Below are positions 42,601-50,301 of a DNA stretch of 51,650 nt, piece by piece. The stretch is from a phage, in assembly GCA_019844455.1 (NCBI GenBank), contig GCA_019844455.1_3938.1; one strand, 5' to 3'. The translations under genes were made by a program, and so were the position numbers. The notes under the pieces are model-generated. The model worked only from the letters and a program-made list of their open reading frames with translations, ran no database searches and was not told the DNA's origin. Each line of letters starts with the position of its first letter. Position 1 is the first letter of the stretch.

Positions 42601-43670
42601 TTAACCAGCACCCAATCTTTTTAGGTGGTGAGAGAAAAACTTTTGACTCACTTAATAAACACTACCCAAAAATCTTTGAACTTTATAAACAACAAAAAGC
42701 ACAAGACTGGTCAGAAGATGAGTTCCCTTTTGAACAATCACGTCTTGATTTTGAGAGTGTCCCAGCATCAATGTCAGGTGTAATGCTTGAGATTCTTAAG
42801 TGGCAATGGGAAGCAGATACTCAAGTTGCTAAGAGTTTAGCGTTTGCTTTTGCACCATTCATCTCTGATGACATTTATGCAACTGCAATTATGAAGCAGT
42901 CTGAGATTGAAAACTTACATGCTCTGACTTACTCAGAGATTGTAAGGCAATGTATTAAAAACCCTGAAACAATCTTAGATGAGATTAACCAGAACATTGC
43001 TGTACAAGACCGATTAAAAACTGTGAATCGTGTTCTTGAAGAATTGCTGGATGAAGGTATAAACTATCGACTGAGTTATGTCCGTGACTCACTTCTGGAC
43101 AAAGACCCTTTACACTTCCATAAAGTGATTCTGAAAGGTCTATTTGCAGTGACTGCACTGGAAGGTATATCTTTTATGGCATCCTTTGCATGTACTTTTG
43201 CACTTGATGCTCAAGATAAATTTCAGGGTATTGCTCAAGCTGTCCAGAAAATTATGCTTGATGAAATCCTTCACACTAAAATTGATATTGAAGTTTTAAA
43301 AGAAACTTTAAGAGATGATGAGTGGCAAAAAGCTTTCCAACAAATTCTTCCAGAGATTAAAGTAATCTTAGATGAAGTAGTTGAAAGTGAAGAAAAATGG
43401 TCGTATTATATCTTCTCCGAAGGACGTGCTGTAGTTGGTTTAAATACAAAGCTTCTTCATGAGTGGGTTTACTATAATGCTGCCCCACTGTATGATATGT
43501 TTGGCATTCCCAGAGATTTTGTAGCTCCTAAAGAACCACCTTTGAAGTATATGATTAAGAAGATGGAAATTGATAAAGAGCAGAATGCTAATCAGGAGCA
43601 ACAGAACGGTGCGTATTTATTGAATACTGTTGTAGATGATTTGAATAGTGGATTTTTAGAGGTTCCTTAA
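42597..43670 (+). CDS. nrdB: ribonucleotide reductase class I small subunit
   Basis: Ferritin-like R2 pattern incl. FACTFALDAQ...IMLDEILHTKID; RBS AAGGAG; follows nrdA. Confidence 0.85.
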   Translation: MINQHPIFLGGERKTFDSLNKHYPKIFELYKQQKAQDWSEDEFPFEQSRLDFESVPASMSGVMLEILKWQWEADTQVAKSLAFAFAPFISDDIYATAIMKQSEIENLHALTYSEIVRQCIKNPETILDEINQNIAVQDRLKTVNRVLEELLDEGINYRLSYVRDSLLDKDPLHFHKVILKGLFAVTALEGISFMASFACTFALDAQDKFQGIAQAVQKIMLDEILHTKIDIEVLKETLRDDEWQKAFQQILPEIKVILDEVVESEEKWSYYIFSEGRAVVGLNTKLLHEWVYYNAAPLYDMFGIPRDFVAPKEPPLKYMIKKMEIDKEQNANQEQQNGAYLLNTVVDDLNSGFLEVP

Positions 43671-43912
43671 TGACTTATGTAATTTACTCCAAAACTGGAT
43701 GCCCTCAGTGTGAGACTGCAAAGAATTTTGCGAAAGCTCGTGGTATTGACCATGTTGTGAGAATGTTAGGGCAGGATTATGAACTGTCAGACCTGATGGA
43801 TATTGCACAGATGCCAGTTCGTCAGATGCCATTCATCATGAAAACTGACGGTCAAAACTTAAAACCTGTTGGAACGCTACAGAATTTTATGGCAGAGGTG
43901 AATAATGCTTAA
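43670..43912 (+). CDS. glutaredoxin/NrdH-like redoxin
   Basis: 80 aa with CPQC active-site motif near N-terminus; TAATG overlap with nrdB. Confidence 0.7.
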   Translation: MTYVIYSKTGCPQCETAKNFAKARGIDHVVRMLGQDYELSDLMDIAQMPVRQMPFIMKTDGQNLKPVGTLQNFMAEVNNA

Positions 43913-44111
43913 ACGCCTTTGGGAAGGTTTGGTTGTTGATGCACCAGCCATTGTGATTGGTATGCTTGTTGTTAACCTATTTACTGATTTTGAACAAGGT
44001 TCATTGTTTGGAGCCATGCTATTATGGGTTATCTTTGAAATATTAGAGATACAGCTAGGCATCACTGAAAAACTAAGAAAACTCGTTTCAAAGTTTTCTA
44101 AAAAGATTTAA
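43905..44111 (+). CDS. small membrane protein
   Basis: 68 aa, two hydrophobic segments; RBS GAGGTG. Confidence 0.4.
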   Translation: MLKRLWEGLVVDAPAIVIGMLVVNLFTDFEQGSLFGAMLLWVIFEILEIQLGITEKLRKLVSKFSKKI

Positions 44112-44118
44112 AATGAAA

Positions 44119-44140
44119 GGGTCTCTTCGGAGACCTTTTT
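44119..44140 (+). terminator. intrinsic terminator
   Basis: GGTCTC-TTCG-GAGACC stem followed by TTTTT. Confidence 0.7.
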
Positions 44141-44159
44141 AGCATGTAAAGGGGCAATA

Positions 44160-46304
44160 ATGAACAAAGTACAGATTATTAAAAAGAATGGCTCACTTGA
44201 AGAACCTGATATCAAAAAAGTTTTAGCAGCAGTAACTAAGTCAGCTAACAGGGTTGGGTATAGAGAACTTCCACCAGATGTTACCCAAGCTCTTGAGTCA
44301 GCATTTATGAGGATTCTGGTAAAGTCCACTAAGCAGAATAATTTACTAATCTCGGTAAATGATATTCACAGTATTGTTGAGGGTGCTTTGGCAGAAGTTA
44401 ATCACGAGATTTATGAGTCTTACTCAACATATAGAAATTACCGTAAAGAGGTTGCTCAAAATTGGGATGCACTCTACCAGAAGACTAAAGATACACTCTT
44501 CTTAGGTGACCGTGAAAATGCTAACTTTGACAGCAGTTTAATTTCTACGAAAGGTTCAATTATCCGTGGTTACCTGACTAAAGAAATCTTTAAACAGTAT
44601 CATCTAACACCAGAGGAACTTGAAGCCATTGAGAAAGGCTTTATCTATATCCACGATTTGAGAGACCTGATTTTTGGTGGTATTAACTGTTGCCTGTTTG
44701 ACATTGGTAAAGTACTAAAAGGTGGCTTTGAAATGTCCGGCATTGAGTACTGTGAACCTAAATCTGTACTGTCAGCATTGCAGGTTATTGGTGACGTAGT
44801 ACTTTCAGCAACTGCACAGCAATTTGGTGGTTTTACTTTAGCAGAGATTGATAAGGTACTTGTACCGTATGCTAAGAAGTCTCTACGCTATCATGCTGAG
44901 AAAGCAGCATCTTACGGTATTCCTAAAGAACATTACCATAACTATGTCATGGAGCAGCTACAGATTGAATTAACTCAAGGCTTCCAGTCACTAGAGATGA
45001 AACTAAATACTGTACCTTGCAGCCGTGGTGATTTTGCATTCACAACTTTAACATTTGGGCTACTTGACTCAGATATGTCTAATGAAGACAACCGACTACA
45101 ATACATGATTGCAAGTACTCTCCTAGATGTTCGTATGAATGGACAAGGTAAGAGCAAAAAACCTGTTGTATTCCCTAAACTGGTTTATATCTATGACCAG
45201 AAGAGACATGATGAAAATATCTGTCAAGGTCACCTGTACAGTAAAGCTATTGAGTGTTGCTCTAAAGCGATGTATCCAGATTTCTTAAGCGTATCTGGTC
45301 ATGGTGCTGTAGCAGAAGCTTTTGAGCGTTCTGGCAAGGTAATTTCACCGATGGGTTGCAGAGCCTTCTTATCTCCATATCTGAATGAGGATGGGGAAGA
45401 GTTCTATGTTGGTCGTGCTAACATTGGCGCTGTATCTTTGAACTTGCCAATGATTTACCAGTATTCTAAAGAGAATGGTTTAGATTTCTGGAAAGAGCTT
45501 GATAAGTACCTAGAGATGATTCGCAGCTTCCACAAGAAACGCTACGAAATGATTGCTAATATGCCAGCAAGTTCTAACCCTCTTGCGTTCACACAAGGTG
45601 GTCTGTACAAAGGAACTAAGAAACCTACTGACAAGGTTGGTTGGGATATTGTGAAGTCCTTCACAGCTTCTTTTGGTGTTACTGCGCTTGATGAGTTGTC
45701 TGTTCTTGCTGAAGGTAAACGACTTCATGAAGTTGGAAGCTATAGTTTTGCATATGATGTTCTGGCATACATTAACATGAAAACCGAAGAGTTTAAAAAT
45801 GAAGATGGCTTCTTATATGCCGTCTATGGTACTCCAGCAGAATCACTATGTGGGACTCAGCTAAAACAGTTCAGAGATATGTTTGGGGTTATCAAAGGTG
45901 TTTCCGATAAGGAATACTTTACAAATAGTTTCCATATGAATGTTGCAGCAGACATCTCACCATTTGAGAAGCAGGACTTAGAAGAGCCATTCTTCCATAT
46001 CTGTAGAGGCGGTAGAATCCAGTATGTAAGAGTAGCTAACCCAGAAAACTTAACAGCACTTAAAAGTTGTATTACAAGAGGTATGTTGAAAGGTTTCTAT
46101 CAGGGACTTAACTTTGACTTAGCAATCTGTGAACATTGTGGTAACAGGCCAAAGGCTGATGTTGAAGAATGTGAAGTTTGCCACTCACATGATATCTCTG
46201 TGATTAACAGGGTGTGTGGGTATCTTGGATGGACTAAGATTAAAGGTGAATCCCGAATGAACGATGCAAAAATCGCTGAGATTCGTGACAGAGTTTCTAT
46301 GTAA
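44160..46304 (+). CDS. nrdD: anaerobic ribonucleoside-triphosphate reductase (class III)
   Basis: N-terminal ATP-cone, C-terminal zinc ribbon CEHCGN...CEVCH and glycyl-radical motif RVCGYLG. Confidence 0.9.
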   Translation: MNKVQIIKKNGSLEEPDIKKVLAAVTKSANRVGYRELPPDVTQALESAFMRILVKSTKQNNLLISVNDIHSIVEGALAEVNHEIYESYSTYRNYRKEVAQNWDALYQKTKDTLFLGDRENANFDSSLISTKGSIIRGYLTKEIFKQYHLTPEELEAIEKGFIYIHDLRDLIFGGINCCLFDIGKVLKGGFEMSGIEYCEPKSVLSALQVIGDVVLSATAQQFGGFTLAEIDKVLVPYAKKSLRYHAEKAASYGIPKEHYHNYVMEQLQIELTQGFQSLEMKLNTVPCSRGDFAFTTLTFGLLDSDMSNEDNRLQYMIASTLLDVRMNGQGKSKKPVVFPKLVYIYDQKRHDENICQGHLYSKAIECCSKAMYPDFLSVSGHGAVAEAFERSGKVISPMGCRAFLSPYLNEDGEEFYVGRANIGAVSLNLPMIYQYSKENGLDFWKELDKYLEMIRSFHKKRYEMIANMPASSNPLAFTQGGLYKGTKKPTDKVGWDIVKSFTASFGVTALDELSVLAEGKRLHEVGSYSFAYDVLAYINMKTEEFKNEDGFLYAVYGTPAESLCGTQLKQFRDMFGVIKGVSDKEYFTNSFHMNVAADISPFEKQDLEEPFFHICRGGRIQYVRVANPENLTALKSCITRGMLKGFYQGLNFDLAICEHCGNRPKADVEECEVCHSHDISVINRVCGYLGWTKIKGESRMNDAKIAEIRDRVSM

Positions 46305-46314
46305 AACTTGACAT

Positions 46315-46352
46315 GGTGGTGTGAGTCTTGATAGGCTTACATCACCTTTTTT
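46315..46352 (+). terminator. intrinsic terminator after nrdD
   Basis: 11-bp stem GGTGGTGTGAG / CTTACATCACC (two G-U), 10-nt loop, followed by TTTTTT. Confidence 0.55.
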
Positions 46353-46458
46353 ATTGGATGTTAGATATGGCAGAGAGTATTATTGGGTTGTTCATAGGTT
46401 CTGTCTTACTAGGGTTCTTTTTAGGACTCTCTTATTGTGAATTAAGAGGCAAGTTAAA

Positions 46459-46659
46459 ATGTTTAAAATATCAAAAGCGTTGATATACATTCTCCACATT
46501 CTAATCTTCTTCTTTGGGGTTAGTGTTATGGTATGGGGTTTTTCAGACCCACAATGGAGTTTCGCATATCAGGGTCAGATGGATTTATGGTCATGCTTCA
46601 AACCATTTTTAGGGTTAGTCATAGCATTCAGTGCATTGCCAACTAAGGTGAAATTATGA
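46459..46659 (+). CDS. small membrane protein
   Basis: 66 aa, two hydrophobic helices; RBS AAGAGG. Confidence 0.4.
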   Translation: MFKISKALIYILHILIFFFGVSVMVWGFSDPQWSFAYQGQMDLWSCFKPFLGLVIAFSALPTKVKL

Positions 46660-47051
46660 TTAAGTTGAACAAAAAACAGTTAGAGTGGATTAAAGATTAT
46701 GCCTCAGAGTGTGGCTCTTGCGAAAAGAATCACGTAAGATATTCAACATTCCATACAGCCTTTACATTATATCTCAGCGAAAACGTTCTAGCTGATTCTG
46801 TAGAAGATGGTGTGTCATTACCTAATGAGTTACTTGATAAATTAGCTGTAGTTACTGGAACTTGGTCTGAAGAAGATGGTCATGAGTTATCTGATGATGT
46901 TGTCTTCTACAGTCTTGAAAATATTATGAATCCAGAGTATATTGCACTAATGACCTGTGCACAAGACTGTGTAATCTTGCAGGATTTCATCAAGAAACAC
47001 TGCGAAGAATTTATTACTAAACAGGTTCCTTGTCAGGTGGTGTTTGAATGA
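46656..47051 (+). CDS. hypothetical protein
   Basis: 131 aa, Cys-containing, ATGA overlap with neighbours. Confidence 0.45.
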   Translation: MIKLNKKQLEWIKDYASECGSCEKNHVRYSTFHTAFTLYLSENVLADSVEDGVSLPNELLDKLAVVTGTWSEEDGHELSDDVVFYSLENIMNPEYIALMTCAQDCVILQDFIKKHCEEFITKQVPCQVVFE

Positions 47052-47347
47052 GTAAAACAATTCGAAGAAAAGGTTTAAAGAACGTTCATGGACTCTATGA
47101 GTGGAGAAATGAGGTACGTAACAGAGAAAATGCTTCAGATGTCTACTTCCATTCTGATATGATGTCCAGAAAAGGTGGCTCTTACGACTTCACAAGCCAG
47201 CCTTGTAGAGAGATTAAGAAGGCCACTAAACGTCTTACAAGAACACAAATAAGGCAGCTTTCTAAGACATCCTTCTTAGATGAAGATTTTGATATTGATA
47301 GCAAGTCTCCAAAGAAAGCCGCTAAGAACACTTATATGTATTGGTGA
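47048..47347 (+). CDS. hypothetical basic protein
   Basis: 99 aa, Lys/Arg-rich; ATGA overlap. Confidence 0.45.
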   Translation: MSKTIRRKGLKNVHGLYEWRNEVRNRENASDVYFHSDMMSRKGGSYDFTSQPCREIKKATKRLTRTQIRQLSKTSFLDEDFDIDSKSPKKAAKNTYMYW

Positions 47348-47356
47348 GGTAACTAG

Positions 47357-47842
47357 ATGAATTACATGGAGATTCGACCATTTGACACAGCTAATGGTGA
47401 AGGGGTTCGTGTAAGCCTCTTCGTAGCTGGTTGTAAGCATCACTGTGAAGGTTGCTTTAATAAGGAATCTTGGAAGTTTAATGCTGGTAAAGAGTTCACT
47501 TATGCAAACCTTTATGGCATCATTAAGTTAATGGATGATAATGCCATCAGTGGGCTGTCAATACTTGGTGGAGAACCTCTAGATGATAGAAATATTCAAG
47601 AGGTTACCAACATATGCAAACGTATTAAAACCGTTTACCCAGAAAAATCTATCTGGCTCTGGACAGGTTTTCAGTTACATGAAAAAATTCACCTTGATGT
47701 GATGAAATATGTTGACGTGGTGATTGATGGTAAGTATGATTCATCTAAACCAACAGTTAAACCGTATCGTGGTTCAGATAACCAAAACCTCTGGAGAAAA
47801 GAGTACGGATGGCAAGGTGATTGTCAGTGGAGAGCAGAGTGA
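47357..47842 (+). CDS. nrdG: anaerobic ribonucleotide reductase activating protein (radical SAM)
   Basis: CKHHCEGC (Cx3Cx2C) radical-SAM cluster near N-terminus; ~160 aa typical of NrdG. Confidence 0.85.
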   Translation: MNYMEIRPFDTANGEGVRVSLFVAGCKHHCEGCFNKESWKFNAGKEFTYANLYGIIKLMDDNAISGLSILGGEPLDDRNIQEVTNICKRIKTVYPEKSIWLWTGFQLHEKIHLDVMKYVDVVIDGKYDSSKPTVKPYRGSDNQNLWRKEYGWQGDCQWRAE

Positions 47843-47892
47843 TTATTCTGGCAAATGGACTAAGGTATAACTCCAATTGGTATCACTGAAGA

Positions 47893-47909
47893 AGAACTTC
47901 ATAAGTTCT
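47893..47909 (+). promoter_or_regulatory. perfect hairpin downstream of nrdG
   Basis: AGAACTT-CAT-AAGTTCT; weak U-tract so function uncertain. Confidence 0.3.
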
Positions 47910-47924
47910 GTATTAAACTTTAAT

Positions 47925-47938
47925 GAGAGAGAGAGAGA
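47925..47938 (+). repeat. (GA)7 dinucleotide tract serving as purine-rich RBS region
   Basis: GAGAGAGAGAGAGA directly upstream of ATG at 47945. Confidence 0.8.
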
Positions 47939-47944
47939 CTAAAA

Positions 47945-48211
47945 ATGGGAATTTTAGGTAATATGAAAGCTGGATTCTTGAAGGCACTGGCAAAAGCAGC
48001 AGCAATTGTTGCTATGACTGGAAAGCAGGTCGGTGTGGATGCTTCAGCGGTTGCACAGGTTCTTACAAGCCAAATTGAACAGCAGCCTTACATCTATGTA
48101 GGCCGTGGCAAAGGTGGTAAGAAACAAGCCCACCGTCCGTCTGGTGCAGCAGCTATTAAACGAGCAGCTAAGAAAGCTCGTAACCGTAAACGTAATAAGA
48201 AGGCTAAATAA
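47945..48211 (+). CDS. hypothetical protein with hydrophobic N-terminus and highly basic C-terminus
   Basis: 88 aa ending KRAAKKARNRKRNKKAK. Confidence 0.45.
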   Translation: MGILGNMKAGFLKALAKAAAIVAMTGKQVGVDASAVAQVLTSQIEQQPYIYVGRGKGGKKQAHRPSGAAAIKRAAKKARNRKRNKKAK

Positions 48212-48213
48212 CC

Positions 48214-48525
48214 ATGAGCAAAATCTATAACACTCGTAAATTACAGATTGCAATCCTGTGCCAGTTTATGGCTGATAAGCACAACTCACACTATTGTGGT
48301 ACAGGTTTCCTTATGCAAGGTCGTGGCTACATTAGCTTCAAAGAAGCTGTGAAGATGTACAATGAGCACCCTGAAGATGACAAAGAGTTGAAACAACTGA
48401 AGCTTACTTATGACAAGAGGCGTAAGAAAATTGTATGCTTGAACAACCTTATCAAGCAAACTGAAAACGTTTATGATGCAATTGGTGAAGAGGGTTTCTT
48501 AAAAGTCTTGAAAATAGCTCAGTAA
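48214..48525 (+). CDS. hypothetical protein
   Basis: 103-aa ORF followed by strong terminator. Confidence 0.45.
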   Translation: MSKIYNTRKLQIAILCQFMADKHNSHYCGTGFLMQGRGYISFKEAVKMYNEHPEDDKELKQLKLTYDKRRKKIVCLNNLIKQTENVYDAIGEEGFLKVLKIAQ

Positions 48526-48538
48526 ATGTATATGATTA

Positions 48539-48562
48539 GGGAACTGTAAAGGTTCCCTTTTT
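48539..48562 (+). terminator. intrinsic terminator
   Basis: GGGAAC / GTTCCC stem, 7-nt loop, then TTTTT. Confidence 0.7.
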
Positions 48563-48576
48563 ATTTTGGAGATAAT

Positions 48577-49092
48577 ATGTATCTGTCAAATCTGAAACGT
48601 TCTGCTGCAATGTCAGTGTTAAGACTCAGTTTTGAGGAACGTCAAGAGTTCATTGACTCCCACCAATACGACCCTTCCAACTCCAATCACATGATTCTCT
48701 GGAATCGTGAGAGTACTCGTGAAAGAGCATTATTTCGATATTACCCACACTACACCATAGATAATCTGTATGAATGTTTTGTTGTGAAGAACACCATTAC
48801 AGTACTCAATAAACTTTGCAGATACACAGGCAGTCAATCCTTCACATTAGGTCATCACAAACCTGTTACAAAAGGTGGTGAACATCACTGTGCAAACTGG
48901 TTTATCCAAACTAAAGCTGATAACCAGAAGCAAGGAGATAGCCTCCTAAGTATCCCTAAGATGACCTATGAAGAGCAAGAGAAATATATCAAAAATAATA
49001 TGCCAGATGTGCTTGACAACAACTATACAGATTTGGCAATATCTCTCCTGTTGAAGTTCGAGACAGTTTATAGGGCAACTTATAATGGCTAA
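48577..49092 (+). CDS. putative HNH-family endonuclease
   Basis: GHHKPVTKGGEHHCANW resembles HH-x2-P-x3-GG-x5-N HNH core; RBS GGAGA. Confidence 0.45.
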   Translation: MYLSNLKRSAAMSVLRLSFEERQEFIDSHQYDPSNSNHMILWNRESTRERALFRYYPHYTIDNLYECFVVKNTITVLNKLCRYTGSQSFTLGHHKPVTKGGEHHCANWFIQTKADNQKQGDSLLSIPKMTYEEQEKYIKNNMPDVLDNNYTDLAISLLLKFETVYRATYNG

Positions 49093-49363
49093 AGAAAAGT
49101 GGCAGATTTTACCATTAGTCAGTGAAGGAGGTAATGGTTGTGAAATGTACATGATACGTGGTCATGTTCCAGAGCCAATTGCACTTGAGATGGTAAACAA
49201 CTTTACAGATGGTTCTTACAAAGACTTAGGCGAACCAACTGTCAAGCAACAATGGGTTAAACCTGTACCAGACAGCACAGGTAACTGTAGTGTACTTTAT
49301 CACGTTGTAGACCCTGCAAAATGCAAATCTGCAATGGCAGTAACAAACGTAACTTTTGATTGA
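49085..49363 (+). CDS. hypothetical protein
   Basis: 92-aa ORF. Confidence 0.4.
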   Translation: MAKEKWQILPLVSEGGNGCEMYMIRGHVPEPIALEMVNNFTDGSYKDLGEPTVKQQWVKPVPDSTGNCSVLYHVVDPAKCKSAMAVTNVTFD

Positions 49364-49374
49364 GAGAGAAAACT

Positions 49375-50256
49375 ATGAAAACATCTATCCGTGTTACAGT
49401 TCATTCACCAACTAAAGGAACTCATGAAGAAGAGTTTAACATCATCCAATTTCCTTCTGGTGAGATTGGTGGACACTTTTCGCCAGAGTTTGTTGATTTC
49501 ACTGCTTATGCAGCATCATCCATCAACAATGTGATTATGATTGTAAAAGGTTATGATAAGGATACATTGTTTGCTGTGGCACTTGCTAAAGAAGCAATTG
49601 ATGATTTAATTCCTCATGATTATGCTTTAAAGACTGTCATCTTTTACTACTTACCAAATGCACGTTATGACCGTCACATGTTTAAAGGCGACGCAGCAGC
49701 TTTAAAGGTTTTTGCTAAACAGGTAAATGCAATGGGATTTGGTGCAGTCTGTGCAGTTGACCCTCACAGCTATGTACCAGATAACCTGTTTAACTGCTTC
49801 CAGAGTATTCCTCAAAAGGAAATTGCAGTCCACTATGCAAATGACCCACTGATTGATTACTTAGTAGCCCCAGATGCAGGTGCTGCTAAGAAGATTGCAG
49901 AGACTGCTAAAGAGGTGGATAAACCATATATCACAATGTCTAAAGTACGCAACCTTAAGACTGGTGAAATTACTGGTATGCGAATTCTTGATGATGTTGA
50001 TTTGACAGATAAAACCGTCATGATTCTGGATGATATCTGTGATGGTGGTCGAACCTTCATAGAAGCAGCTAAACATCTTCGTGAAGCAGGTGCAAAACGT
50101 GTGGAACTCTATGTAACACACGGTATCTTCTCTAAAGATGTTGAAAACCTTCTTGACAATGGCATTGACCACATCTACACTACAAACTCTTTAGGGGAAG
50201 CTAAAGACCGTGGCTTAACACATTATGGTCAAGTTACTGTAGCAAACCTTGATTGA
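49375..50256 (+). CDS. prs: ribose-phosphate pyrophosphokinase-like protein (Prs family; possible ADP-ribose pyrophosphokinase)
   Basis: Prs-like domain order incl. FPSGEIGG, YLPNARYDRH, AVDPHS, and PRTase loop MILDDICDGGRT; ATG at 49375 with GAGAGAG RBS. Confidence 0.75.
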   Translation: MKTSIRVTVHSPTKGTHEEEFNIIQFPSGEIGGHFSPEFVDFTAYAASSINNVIMIVKGYDKDTLFAVALAKEAIDDLIPHDYALKTVIFYYLPNARYDRHMFKGDAAALKVFAKQVNAMGFGAVCAVDPHSYVPDNLFNCFQSIPQKEIAVHYANDPLIDYLVAPDAGAAKKIAETAKEVDKPYITMSKVRNLKTGEITGMRILDDVDLTDKTVMILDDICDGGRTFIEAAKHLREAGAKRVELYVTHGIFSKDVENLLDNGIDHIYTTNSLGEAKDRGLTHYGQVTVANLD

Positions 50257-50265
50257 AACTTTATA

Positions 50266-50286
50266 GGGGCTTAAAAGCCCCATTTT
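50266..50286 (+). terminator. stem-loop/terminator between Prs-like and NAMPT-like genes
   Basis: GGGGC-TTAAAA-GCCCC followed by ATTTTG. Confidence 0.5.
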
Positions 50287-50301
50287 GAGAGAGATTAAAA
50301 G

